Translations under genes and position numbers: made by a program
Notes under the pieces: generated by a model
What the model was told of the DNA's origin: nothing
Seen by the model: only the letters and a program-made list of their open reading frames with translations
Database searches by the model: none
In this document: piece after piece, positions 1 to 8,946 of the stretch
Layout of the letters: each line of letters opens with the position of its first letter
How positions within the stretch are numbered: the stretch's first letter is position 1
NCBI GenBank assembly: GCA_964480245.1
Contig: CAYZOW010000005.1
Coordinates: forward strand, 30,991 to 54,990
Reading direction: 5' to 3'
Source of the DNA: an uncultured Nitrosopumilaceae archaeon
GTDB lineage: Archaea; Thermoproteota; Nitrososphaeria; Nitrososphaerales; Nitrosopumilaceae
DNA length: 24,000 nucleotides

Positions 1-196
1 TCTCAATACTTTTTTCCAGATCTAAAAATCTTGTGACATCAACATATTCTAGTCTTATTTTATTTAAGTTGTAGGTGACATTATCATTTTTGTTATCATT
101 TCTAGCTAATAAAATGACTTCATGATCATCTTTAATCAGCTCATCACATAAATGGCTTCCTACAAATCCTGTACCACCTGTGATCATGATTTTCAT
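1..196 (-). CDS. NAD-dependent epimerase/dehydratase (extended SDR), N-terminal fragment; gene runs off the window start
   Basis: The reverse complement from the ATG at 196..194 reads MKIMITGGTGFVGSHLCDELIKDDHEVILLARN... It has a GxxGxxG Rossmann motif. The frame stays open to position 1. It is divergent from the GT4 at 366. Confidence 0.75.
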   Translation of the reverse strand, partial: MKIMITGGTGFVGSHLCDELIKDDHEVILLARNDNKNDNVTYNLNKIRLEYVDVTRFLDLEKSIE

Positions 197-365
197 ATAT
201 CTATCACAAATGAATTTTTTAATGAGAAAGAAAACATACTGTGGTATTATTTTTTTTGAATTTAATGCTATCTAAATAGCAAGCACGAGTGAATAATGAA
301 ATCTTCTGACAAGTATGAATTTTGAACGTATGTTATAATTACCTCAACAACAACTATTAAACAAT

Positions 366-1535
366 ATGAAAAATATTGTTTTAAAAACAAGATTTCGAGG
401 GGGGGTTTTACATGCGTTATATAATGAATTAATAAAAAATCCCCCCGATAATTATAGATTCACTGTATCTGATGCCTCAAAAAAAAGCCCATTAACAAAA
501 ATCACAAGTAAACATGATAATTATTTGTACAAACAATTATTGTATCACTTTGGTGCACTGCCTTATTTTTTAGTACAATTAACTGGGTCTCCAGTTAGAT
601 ACGAAGACTGTGATCTAATTTATGCTGCACAGCACCTCATAAAGACTGAAAAACCGTGGGTTGTAGACTTGGAATTTGCTAATGCATTAGCGGCATATTG
701 TAGCATGAATTTATGTACAAATATTATTTCAAAAAAATTGAAAGCGAGAGAGTGTAAGGCAATATTACCATGGAGCGAGTGGGGGAAAAACACTCTACTT
801 GATTCAATGGATTGTAAAGATTTCAAAGATAAAATTCAAGTCGTCAGATACACAGTGCCTCCTAAACATAAAAACAGAATTAAAGAGGATAAATCAGTTA
901 TACGAATGCTTTTTCTTGGAAGTATCAATCAATGTGCACTAAAACGAGAAGAGTTTAAGGGATTATATGAGAGTGTAGAGGCGTTTATTGATTTACAAAA
1001 AAAATATGACGGTTTAGAGTTAGTAATTAGATCTATAGTTACACCAGAAATTAAAGAAAAAGCAAGAAAATATCCAAATATTAAGATTCTAGAGAAGCAT
1101 CTTACACATACTGAATTGGAACAACTATTCAGCTCATGTGACATATTTCCACATGCGGGTTTTGAAGCTCTTAACATCTCTATTTTAGAGGCTATGAGTT
1201 ATGGTCTTCCCGTTATAGCTACATCATTGTATAATATTCCAGAGGCAATTACACATATGAAAAATGGTATGCTTATTGATCTAGCTAACCCAAGCTTATT
1301 TTTTACAAGACATAAAACTCCTAATGAACATTCAAAATCCGTTATACATTCCATAAGAAGATTAAGACCTTTCATGATAGATAAAATTAAAGAGTGTATG
1401 AAAGTGCTTATTGAAGATTCATCACTTAGACACCGAATTGGTAAAGAGGCAGCTATGACTATAGAAAATGGAGAATTTTCAATCAAGAATAGAAATGCGT
1501 TATTAAAAGAGACTTTTGATAATGCGGCTTCCTAA
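366..1535 (+). CDS. Glycosyltransferase, GT4 / Glycos_transf_1 type
   Basis: 389-aa ORF. The C-terminal half carries the retaining-GT signature FPHAGFEALNISILEAMSYGLPVIATSLYNIPEAITHMKNGMLI (E-x7-E region). Confidence 0.8.
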   Translation: MKNIVLKTRFRGGVLHALYNELIKNPPDNYRFTVSDASKKSPLTKITSKHDNYLYKQLLYHFGALPYFLVQLTGSPVRYEDCDLIYAAQHLIKTEKPWVVDLEFANALAAYCSMNLCTNIISKKLKARECKAILPWSEWGKNTLLDSMDCKDFKDKIQVVRYTVPPKHKNRIKEDKSVIRMLFLGSINQCALKREEFKGLYESVEAFIDLQKKYDGLELVIRSIVTPEIKEKARKYPNIKILEKHLTHTELEQLFSSCDIFPHAGFEALNISILEAMSYGLPVIATSLYNIPEAITHMKNGMLIDLANPSLFFTRHKTPNEHSKSVIHSIRRLRPFMIDKIKECMKVLIEDSSLRHRIGKEAAMTIENGEFSIKNRNALLKETFDNAAS

Positions 1536-1708
1536 AAGAAAACTTTCCAGTAGAATTATTTTATCTAATTTTCCTTGTACGAACAATCATCGTAACAATA
1601 TTAGCAAAAATCATGATACTATATCAAGAATAATTTTGAATAAACAATTTGTGTTTAATTAAATTTAAAATCAAATAGTTCTAATAACAGTTATGACGAT
1701 TTTTCAGC

Positions 1709-2728
1709 GTGCTCAGATATAATCAATTAAAGAATAGATGTGTTTTAGTTACTGGCGGTGCTGGTTTTATTGGTTCTGAAGTTGTTAGGCAATTATCTGA
1801 AATGGGCACAAAAATTATAGTTTTTGATAACTATTCCTCTGGGAGAAAAAAATATCTTGAAGGAGTTACAAACATTATTCAAGTAAAAGGAAGTATAACA
1901 AATAGAAGACAAGTCAATGACATTGTAAAAAAGGCAGATTACATAATAAATCTAGCAGCGTTGCCATTTATTCCTGATTCATATTATTATCCTAATGAAT
2001 TTTTTAAGGTAAATACTGAAGGGACCGTCAATCTTGTTACTGCTAGCATTAAATCTAAGAGATTGAAAATGTTTGTGCATATTTCAACAAGCGAGGTATA
2101 TGGCTCTGCAAAAACCATACCAATGTCTGAAGAACATCCTACTTTGCCACAATCAACATATGCAGCAAGCAAACTAGCTGGAGAAAGAGCTGTATTCACA
2201 TTACATAAGGAGCACAATTTTCCAGCTGTAATAATAAGACCATTCAATAGTTATGGACCAAGAATAACTCAACCATATATTATTCCAGAAATTATAAACC
2301 AAGTTCTTCATAGAAAAGATAAGATAAAACTTGGAAATATTGAATCATTTAGAGATTTTACTTATGTTTCTGATACTGCCAGAGGCATAATTTCTGCGAT
2401 GGTAAAAGGAAGTGTAGTTGGTGAGACTATCAACATTGGGAGTAATAAAAGTTATAAAATTAAAAATTTGGTGGAGATCATAACTAGGATCATGGGGAAG
2501 AAAGTTGGAATTACGACTGATAAAAAACGCTTTAGACCGTACGACGTACAGAAACTAATTTGTGATAATCGTAAGGCAAAGAAATTATTGAAATGGGAGC
2601 CAGAAATTTCAATCGAAGAAGGGTTAACTAGAACAATCAGTTGGATGAGAAAGAACACACTTAATTTTGCAACGCCCTTTGAGGGGTGGGCAAAAACTTA
2701 CAGGTTGAAATTAAATCATAATGAGTGA
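1709..2728 (+). CDS. NDP-sugar epimerase/dehydratase (extended SDR); candidate NDP-hexose 4,6-dehydratase or UXS-like enzyme
   Basis: 339-aa ORF with a GTG start; no in-frame ATG preserves the Rossmann motif VTGGAGFIGSEV. It has the catalytic STSEVYG (Thr-x-Glu as in Gmd/UXS-type enzymes) and YAASK (YxxxK). Its stop lies 4 nt before the next gene. Confidence 0.85.
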   Translation: MLRYNQLKNRCVLVTGGAGFIGSEVVRQLSEMGTKIIVFDNYSSGRKKYLEGVTNIIQVKGSITNRRQVNDIVKKADYIINLAALPFIPDSYYYPNEFFKVNTEGTVNLVTASIKSKRLKMFVHISTSEVYGSAKTIPMSEEHPTLPQSTYAASKLAGERAVFTLHKEHNFPAVIIRPFNSYGPRITQPYIIPEIINQVLHRKDKIKLGNIESFRDFTYVSDTARGIISAMVKGSVVGETINIGSNKSYKIKNLVEIITRIMGKKVGITTDKKRFRPYDVQKLICDNRKAKKLLKWEPEISIEEGLTRTISWMRKNTLNFATPFEGWAKTYRLKLNHNE

Positions 2729-2732
2729 TTAA

Positions 2733-4007
2733 TTGAACGCAGTACCAAAATCAGTAATAAAAGTAATTGAAAAAAAATTCAAAACACGTGATGAATTCGT
2801 ACCAGGTCAAAGTAGAATCCGATTAATTGAACCTACTTTTGGAGCCGACGAAATAATTGAAGCGCTAGATTCATTATTAACGACTAAAGTTACAATGGGA
2901 GATAAAGTTAAGAGGTTCGAAAAATTATTCTCCAAATATCTCAAAGCTCGCTATTCTTCTATGGTGAATTCTGGCTCATCGGCTAATTTAGTAGCGTTAT
3001 CATCCCTTACTAATCCTTGGTTTGAAAAAAGAATAAGTAAAAATAGCGAAGTGATAACCCCCGCCATTACGTGGGTAACGACTGTATACCCCCTCATAAA
3101 TTTAAATTTAAAACCAAAATTTGTAGATATCAATTTAGAAACGTTTTGTATGGAAACAGATGACTTAGAAAATGCATTATCACCTAACACTTCATTGATT
3201 TTGCCTGTACATCTGCTGGGCAATGTTTGTGATATGGGAAAAATAACGGAGATTGCTGCCAAAAGAGATCTTCTCGTCATGGAAGATTGTTGTGAGGCCC
3301 ATGGAGCCAAATTCAAAAATAAAAAAGTTGGAACCATAGGCGACATAGGCACCTATAGTTTCTTCCTTTCTCATCATATCACTACTATTGAGGGTGGGAT
3401 GATAGTAACCAATAATGAATCATTATACGAATTATCAAAGGCAATAAGGGCATTTGGTTGGATACGAGATCTTAAATATAAAAATAAATTTAAAAGAAAA
3501 TATTCTCATATAGATCCTAGATATTTATTTGTGAATTTAGGATATAATTTAAGGCCTACTGAAGTTCAAGGTGCTTTTGGCATACATCAAATCACAAAGT
3601 TAGAAAAATTCATAGAAATGAGAAGAGAAAATGCAAGATATTGGACCAAAAAATTTTCGCAGTATGAAGGTTATTTTATTCTTCCCAAGGAAGATCCACG
3701 AACACGATCAGTTTATTTTTGTTATCCATTAACTATTCGAAAGGAGGCACCTTTCAAGCGAGAATTACTTGTAAAGTACTTGGAAAAAAAGAAAATTGAT
3801 ACTCGGCCTATAATGTCAGGTAATTTGTTGGAACAGCCCGCTATTGAGTTTATTCCTCACCTTAAGCATGGCTCATTACCTAATTCAAAATTGGTAATGC
3901 GGAATTCCTTTTTCTTTGGTAATCATCAAAAAATAGGAAAACGTGAAAGGGAGTATGTGGTTAGCGTTATAGCTGAATTCATAGAAAGAAAATTATGGAA
4001 AAAATGA
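2733..4007 (+). CDS. DegT/DnrJ/EryC1-fold PLP/PMP enzyme with His replacing the Schiff-base Lys: NDP-4-keto-6-deoxyhexose 3-dehydratase (ColD/E1-like)
   Basis: 424-aa ORF with a TTG start. SGSSANLVAL and EDCCEAHGA are typical of the family. The active-site strand reads SFFLSHHITTIEGGM (His codons at 3372..3377), whereas true aminotransferases, including the paralog at 8947..10095, read SF..TKHITT.GEGG. Confidence 0.75.
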   Translation: MNAVPKSVIKVIEKKFKTRDEFVPGQSRIRLIEPTFGADEIIEALDSLLTTKVTMGDKVKRFEKLFSKYLKARYSSMVNSGSSANLVALSSLTNPWFEKRISKNSEVITPAITWVTTVYPLINLNLKPKFVDINLETFCMETDDLENALSPNTSLILPVHLLGNVCDMGKITEIAAKRDLLVMEDCCEAHGAKFKNKKVGTIGDIGTYSFFLSHHITTIEGGMIVTNNESLYELSKAIRAFGWIRDLKYKNKFKRKYSHIDPRYLFVNLGYNLRPTEVQGAFGIHQITKLEKFIEMRRENARYWTKKFSQYEGYFILPKEDPRTRSVYFCYPLTIRKEAPFKRELLVKYLEKKKIDTRPIMSGNLLEQPAIEFIPHLKHGSLPNSKLVMRNSFFFGNHQKIGKREREYVVSVIAEFIERKLWKK

Positions 4008-4064
4008 ACTGTTTTAGATTAATTCTAAAAACCATTATTAATACAATAAGTTCAATAAAATAAA

Positions 4065-5003
4065 ATGAGTTTAAACGGTAAAAAAATATTGGTAACTGGC
4101 GGTTCAGGATTCCTTGGTTCTAGAATTGTAAAAATGCTGCAAGACAAAGGAATTAAAGATATTGTAATACCACGTTCCTCTACTTGTGATTTAAGGATCG
4201 CTGAGAATTGTGCAAGAATTACTAAAGATATAGATATAGTTTTTCATGCTGCTGGAAATGTGGGGGGAATAGGATATAACAAAGAATACCCAGGTTCAGT
4301 ATTTTATGATAACATAATGATGGATACATTGATGATGGAAGAAAGCAGAAAAAATAACGTGAAGAAATTTATTGCAGTTGGTACTGTGTGTAGTTATCCA
4401 AAATTTGCAGCTGTTCCTTTTTCAGAAGAACAAATTTGGGAAGGATATCCTGAGGAAACAAATGCATCGTATGGACTTTCAAAAAAAATGTTAATTGTAC
4501 AGTCAGAGGCGTACCGTCAGCAATATAATTTCAAATCAATAGTTTTGATTCAAACGAATATGTACGGCCCAGGTGATGATTTCGATCCTAACACTTCCCA
4601 TGTAATACCTTCCTTAATTAAAAAAATTCATGATGCAAAAATTCTTAATCAATCTGAGATCGAGCTTTGGGGTGATGGAAGTCCATCTAGAGACTTCCTA
4701 TATGTTGACGATGCTGCAAGAGCAGCTATTCTAGCAGCTGAAAAATATGAAAAAACTGAACCAATCAATATAGGTAGTGGTAAAGAAATTACAATAAGAG
4801 AATTAGCAGATTTGATAATAAAATTAATGAATGCAGATCTTAAAATAAGATGGAATACTCAAAAACCTAATGGACAACCTCGTCGTTGTCTTAACATAGA
4901 CAGAGCAAAGAGAGAACTTGGATTTGTTCCATCTGTGAGTATAGAAGATGGTCTAAAGAAGACCATAGAATGGTATGAAGAACAACAGAAAAGGAATCAA
5001 TAG
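4065..5003 (+). CDS. GDP-L-fucose synthase-like (GMER family) NDP-4-keto-6-deoxyhexose epimerase/reductase; ColC-like
   Basis: 312-aa ORF that aligns by eye along its length with E. coli Fcl. Matching blocks are VTGGSGFLGS, AAGNVGGIGYNKEYPGSVFYDNIMM, TVCSYPK, ETNASYGLSK, TNMYGPGDDFDPNTSHVIPSLI, GDGSPSRDFLYVDD and KPNGQPRRCLN. Confidence 0.85.
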   Translation: MSLNGKKILVTGGSGFLGSRIVKMLQDKGIKDIVIPRSSTCDLRIAENCARITKDIDIVFHAAGNVGGIGYNKEYPGSVFYDNIMMDTLMMEESRKNNVKKFIAVGTVCSYPKFAAVPFSEEQIWEGYPEETNASYGLSKKMLIVQSEAYRQQYNFKSIVLIQTNMYGPGDDFDPNTSHVIPSLIKKIHDAKILNQSEIELWGDGSPSRDFLYVDDAARAAILAAEKYEKTEPINIGSGKEITIRELADLIIKLMNADLKIRWNTQKPNGQPRRCLNIDRAKRELGFVPSVSIEDGLKKTIEWYEEQQKRNQ

Positions 5004-5039
5004 TCATAATGAGTTTTTAGTAAATAACAGTCCACTAGA

Positions 5040-5987
5040 TTGTTTGAGCGTTTAATTGGAATAGTATACTTATATCACACATGTATAGTTTATTCAGTAA
5101 TTTTGATAGTAGTTGGCATACCTGCTTATAATGAGGAAAAAAACATAGCAAGAATAATTGTAAAATTACAAAAAGCTGCTGATAAAATAATAGTATGTAA
5201 TGATGGCTCTACTGATTTGACAGGTGTTATAGCTGAAAAAATGGGAGCTATTGTTGTTAATCATACAAAAAACTTAGGCTATGGGGCAGCTATTAGGAGT
5301 ATATTTCTCAAAGTAGCAGAATTTGATTCTGATATAGTTGTGACGTTTGACGGAGATGGGCAACATAGAGTAGAAGATATTAAAGCTGTTTTAGAACCCA
5401 TTATCAAAAATGAAGCAGACATAGTTATTGGTTCTAGATTCATCAATAATAATGACAAAAATATTCCAAAATATAGAAAAGCTGGTATAAAGACAATAAC
5501 GAGCATTACTAACACTTCTACGGATATGAAATTAACTGACTCTCAAAGTGGTTTTAGAGCATATAAAAGCAAGGTTCTAAAAGATATCATTCCTTCTGAC
5601 TACGGAATGGGTGTTTCAACTGAGATTCTAATAAAGGCCAGTAAAAAAGGATACAGGATAAAAGAAGTTCCTATAACTGTACTATATGAAGGAGATACCT
5701 CTACTCATCATCCTGTATCACATGGAATCTCGGTAATACTTAGTACAATGAAATTTGTATCCATAGAACATCCTCTAAAATTTTATGGGATTCCTGGAAT
5801 TGTTTTCTTGGGGATAGGTCTATTCTTCATAGTATGGACGATTCAGATATTTACCGATACACGTCAGATTATAACAAATGTTTCATTGATTGGAATAGGA
5901 TCTATAATCTTGGGAACGATGTTAACAATGACATCCATAATGTTGTACTCCTTGGTTAATGTAGTAAGAGAACGTCATAGTGATTAA
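5040..5987 (+). CDS. GT2 glycosyltransferase with C-terminal two-TM hairpin (polyprenyl/dolichyl-phosphate sugar synthase type; GtrB/ArnC/DPM1-like)
   Basis: Motifs are GIPAYNEEKNI, CNDGSTDLT, NLGYGAAI, DGDGQH and SQSGFRAY. Two hydrophobic helices lie at the C-terminus (GIPGIVFLGIGLFFIVWTIQIF and VSLIGIGSIILGTMLTMTSIMLY). The start is uncertain: TTG at 5040, or in-frame TTG at 5103, which would give M-IVVGIPAYNEE and sits ~30 nt after a TTATAT box. Confidence 0.8.
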   Translation: MFERLIGIVYLYHTCIVYSVILIVVGIPAYNEEKNIARIIVKLQKAADKIIVCNDGSTDLTGVIAEKMGAIVVNHTKNLGYGAAIRSIFLKVAEFDSDIVVTFDGDGQHRVEDIKAVLEPIIKNEADIVIGSRFINNNDKNIPKYRKAGIKTITSITNTSTDMKLTDSQSGFRAYKSKVLKDIIPSDYGMGVSTEILIKASKKGYRIKEVPITVLYEGDTSTHHPVSHGISVILSTMKFVSIEHPLKFYGIPGIVFLGIGLFFIVWTIQIFTDTRQIITNVSLIGIGSIILGTMLTMTSIMLYSLVNVVRERHSD

Positions 5988-6023
5988 ATTATTGTGCATA
6001 CAGTTTAATGAAACCTGTTTAAC

Positions 6024-7178
6024 ATGACACATGGATGGAATAAAATCAAAAGTATTGTAACAAGATTTAAAGATCTAACAACACTTGGATTTGCAAATAT
6101 ATTATCCTCAGCAATTTCTGGAATTTTTTGGGTTTATCTTGCTTCATTACTTGGTACGGTGCATTACGGTGAGGTTAGCTATTTCATTGCAATTGCTGGA
6201 ATAGCATCTACAATTTCTTTCTTAGGAGCAGGAAATACCATCATAGTTTACACAGCAAAGGGGGAAAAGATACAGTCAACCATCTTTTTCATTACAATTA
6301 TTTCTGGCCTTATTGCTTCAATTGTACTTTTCTTTATTTTTTATGATGTGGGAGTAAGTCTGTATATTCTTGGCTATCTCATTTTCAATCTTGCCACTGC
6401 CGAGATACTTGGTCGAAAATTGTATACAGATTATTCCAAGTATCTTATAACTCAAAAAATTCTATTTGTTGGATTTGCCCTAGCTTTCTACTACCTAATG
6501 GGCCCTCAGGGGGTTATTCTGGGCATTGCAGTATCGTTCTTCCCGTATTTCTTAAGGGTCTACAAGGGGTTCAAAGAATCAAAAATCAATATGTCTGTGA
6601 TAAAATCACGGTTTGGTTTTATGATGAATAGCTATGGTTTGGATCTTTCCAAAACATTTAGTGGTCAAACTGATAAGTTAATCATTGCACCAATTCTTGG
6701 CTTTGCCTTACTTGGAAACTACCAACTAGGAATACAGTTTCTTTCTCTTTTAAGCTTGTTACCCAATATAGTATATCAGTATATACTGCCACATGATGCT
6801 AGTGGAAATCCTAACATAAAACTAAAGAAACTGACTATAGTTGTCTCAGTTTTTCTTGCAATTCTTGGAATATCACTTTCCCCTGTAGTTTTGCCAGTTC
6901 TATTTCCACAATTCAAGGAGGCAATTGAAGTTATTCAAATTATTAGTTTGGCTATAATTCCCTTTTCAATAAACCTCGTTTATACTTCAAAATTTCTAGG
7001 AAACGGTAAAAGTAAAGTTATACTAGTAGGTTCTGGAATATACTTGTTAGTTCAAATTTTGGGCATCTTATTTCTTGGACAACTTTATGGTATAAATGGA
7101 GTAAGTGCAGCACTAGTTTTGGCAGCAACTTCAGAATCTGTGTATTTAGTGATAACAGACCGGTTTATTAAAAAATGA
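6024..7178 (+). CDS. Polysaccharide/oligosaccharide flippase (MOP superfamily, Wzx-like)
   Basis: 384-aa ORF, hydrophobic throughout with roughly 10-12 predicted TM segments. It lies in a glycosylation cluster. Its N-terminal pattern resembles Polysacc_synt family proteins. It is somewhat short for Wzx. Confidence 0.65.
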   Translation: MTHGWNKIKSIVTRFKDLTTLGFANILSSAISGIFWVYLASLLGTVHYGEVSYFIAIAGIASTISFLGAGNTIIVYTAKGEKIQSTIFFITIISGLIASIVLFFIFYDVGVSLYILGYLIFNLATAEILGRKLYTDYSKYLITQKILFVGFALAFYYLMGPQGVILGIAVSFFPYFLRVYKGFKESKINMSVIKSRFGFMMNSYGLDLSKTFSGQTDKLIIAPILGFALLGNYQLGIQFLSLLSLLPNIVYQYILPHDASGNPNIKLKKLTIVVSVFLAILGISLSPVVLPVLFPQFKEAIEVIQIISLAIIPFSINLVYTSKFLGNGKSKVILVGSGIYLLVQILGILFLGQLYGINGVSAALVLAATSESVYLVITDRFIKK

Positions 7179-7337
7179 GTTGACAAAGTTTTCAAATAAT
7201 ACCCTTATGTCGCAATGATAAAATCAATGATTATAAGAATTAGTTCAAAATGCAAGATACGTGTTATTACTAGAAAAGTTGGTTTATTAGCTTTCTAAAG
7301 CATAGTTTAATAACTTTTTTACATTCAACAAAACCAA

Positions 7338-8927
7338 TTGGTTGAAGAACACGGCACTAATTCGAAGACTACATCGTCTATTGATTTTGTTGAAAAGAAA
7401 TTAGATTTTTTTGCAAAAAATACTATCCTTTCTCTTTCCATAATTGGCTTCCTGGCACTTGCTCTCAGACTATATTATTTCCCATTCGGCATTCCAGTTA
7501 CTCTTGATGCCCTCAATTATTTTTGGTATGCTATGGATATCAGTCTTCTTGGACACTTTCCTGCTTCCACCCTTGCTAATAATGGATGGCCTACTTTCTT
7601 GTCTATTTTCTTTTCAAGCTTTCATTTTAATAATTTCATGGATTATATGATTCTGCAACGTATCGTTACCGTTTCAATTTCAGTATTAACAATAGTTCCT
7701 GTCTATTTGTTATGTAATAGGTTTTTTGACAAACCCTATGCAATTATAGGTGCGGCCATATTTGCGTTTGAGCCACGCATTATCCAAAATTCATTATTGG
7801 GAATAACTGAGCCTCTATATGTATTTCTTGGAGCTACTGCATTGTTTTTGTTCCTAAGTTCAAACAAGAAAATGGTGTACAGTTCATTTGGTATTTGTGC
7901 ACTCCTAACCCTTGTGCGGCCCGAAGGTTTGTTTTTATTTTTTGCTCTCTCAATTATGTTTCTCATACAATATAGGAAACAGAGTAAATTTATTGCAAAA
8001 TATGCTCTGGCAGCAACAATCTTTGTTTTACTATTGCTACCCTTGATAACGATAAGAATACAAATCATGGGCGATGATTCAATAACCAGTCGTATATCAG
8101 AAACAATTTCGTATCATGTACTCTTGCCTTCAGATAAAACTAATGGTGATTCAGGTCTACCTTTTATAATAAGCGGTATTGAAAATTTAGTTAAATTTCT
8201 TGGCTGGGCTTCTATTCCAATTTTTGTAGTTTTTGTTCCATTTGGAGCTTATTTGATTTTAAAAAATAGAAATCATGAAACTAACACAATGTTAGTGACC
8301 ATGGGGATCATGCTTATACCTGCAGTGTATGCCTTTTCTATCATCTCTGATACACGATACCTGTTTTTTCAATATCCTATGTGGTGTGTATTGTCCCTTT
8401 TTACGGTAAAAACTGTAGCAGATAAATTCAGAAAACGTAACATGGTTTTGATTTTATTGATTGGTGGCATTCTATTATCATCATCTTTATTTCTTGATTT
8501 CAAGAAAGTTGATATGGAGCATGAAAAGGAAGCGCTTAGCCTTTCATATTACGTTACTAACACGAGATCTGGAATCAATCCATATCTTCCAGAATCAAAA
8601 TATCTGCCAATACCTCAGATGATAGATCAGAAATTTCCAATTTTAAGCACTTCAATTCAGGCTGGGCCAAAACTTATTCCGACAGATGGGTTTTACTCCT
8701 TTGAAGAATACATTAAATTTGGCAGGGATGCCGGTTTAACTCATTTGGTGCTTGATGGGACCGATAAATTTTATCGTGCACCGTTTTTTAAAGATGTGTT
8801 TTTTAATGAAGAAAAATATCCGTATTTAACAAAGGAGTTTGATTCTTTGGATCATGGTTACAAGTACCATTTAAAAATCTATAAAATCGATTATGATGAA
8901 TTTTATTCCATAATAAAGCATGATTAA
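7338..8927 (+). CDS. Large polytopic membrane protein, probable GT-C fold glycosyltransferase (PMT_2/ArnT-like) with C-terminal soluble domain
   Basis: 529-aa ORF with a TTG start. There are ~11 hydrophobic segments in the first ~390 aa. An acidic residue sits in the first external loop (PVTLDALNYFWYAMD), as in GT-C enzymes. The C-terminal ~140 aa are hydrophilic. No AglB WWDYG motif is present. Confidence 0.55.
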   Translation: MVEEHGTNSKTTSSIDFVEKKLDFFAKNTILSLSIIGFLALALRLYYFPFGIPVTLDALNYFWYAMDISLLGHFPASTLANNGWPTFLSIFFSSFHFNNFMDYMILQRIVTVSISVLTIVPVYLLCNRFFDKPYAIIGAAIFAFEPRIIQNSLLGITEPLYVFLGATALFLFLSSNKKMVYSSFGICALLTLVRPEGLFLFFALSIMFLIQYRKQSKFIAKYALAATIFVLLLLPLITIRIQIMGDDSITSRISETISYHVLLPSDKTNGDSGLPFIISGIENLVKFLGWASIPIFVVFVPFGAYLILKNRNHETNTMLVTMGIMLIPAVYAFSIISDTRYLFFQYPMWCVLSLFTVKTVADKFRKRNMVLILLIGGILLSSSLFLDFKKVDMEHEKEALSLSYYVTNTRSGINPYLPESKYLPIPQMIDQKFPILSTSIQAGPKLIPTDGFYSFEEYIKFGRDAGLTHLVLDGTDKFYRAPFFKDVFFNEEKYPYLTKEFDSLDHGYKYHLKIYKIDYDEFYSIIKHD

Positions 8928-8946
8928 GTTCTCTCATCTAACAAAT

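Noticed and set aside
2951-3352. 133-aa minus-strand ORF. The same applies to 620..826, 929..1177, 1199..1486, 1987..2247, 2452..2658, 3192..3377, 5279..5515, 7736..8068, 9149..9958 (plus-strand ORFs), 10689..11171 (plus-strand ORFs), 11973..12197, 12964..13209, 14106..14345, 14475..14657, 14632..14826, 14833..15153, 15269..15499, 15979..16212, 17286..17582, 17700..17978, 18530..19000, 19632..19883, 21314..21499, 21724..21924, 22622..22834 and 23207..23536.
   Set aside because: All lie antisense to, or out of frame within, long ORFs with strong family signatures. Their translations are low-complexity, Ser/Leu/Phe/Ile-rich shadow sequences with no motifs, as expected for chance ORFs opposite AT-rich genes.
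2733-4007. Considered an E1 (AscC/DdhC)-type, [2Fe-2S]-containing 3-dehydrase rather than a ColD type.
   Set aside because: As I recall it, E1 binds its cluster with a spaced Cys motif and needs a partner reductase (E3/AscD). Here the Cys residues are few (positions ~139, 166, 186, 187 and one near 330) and not arranged that way. No reductase gene is nearby, and the downstream gene is GDP-fucose-synthase-like. ColD-type is therefore favoured, though E1-type is not excluded without an alignment.
7444-7650. 68-aa plus-strand ORF overlapping the GT-C-like gene in another frame.
   Set aside because: It is fully embedded in the 529-aa ORF, whose frame encodes coherent TM helices. The alternative frame has no independent signal.
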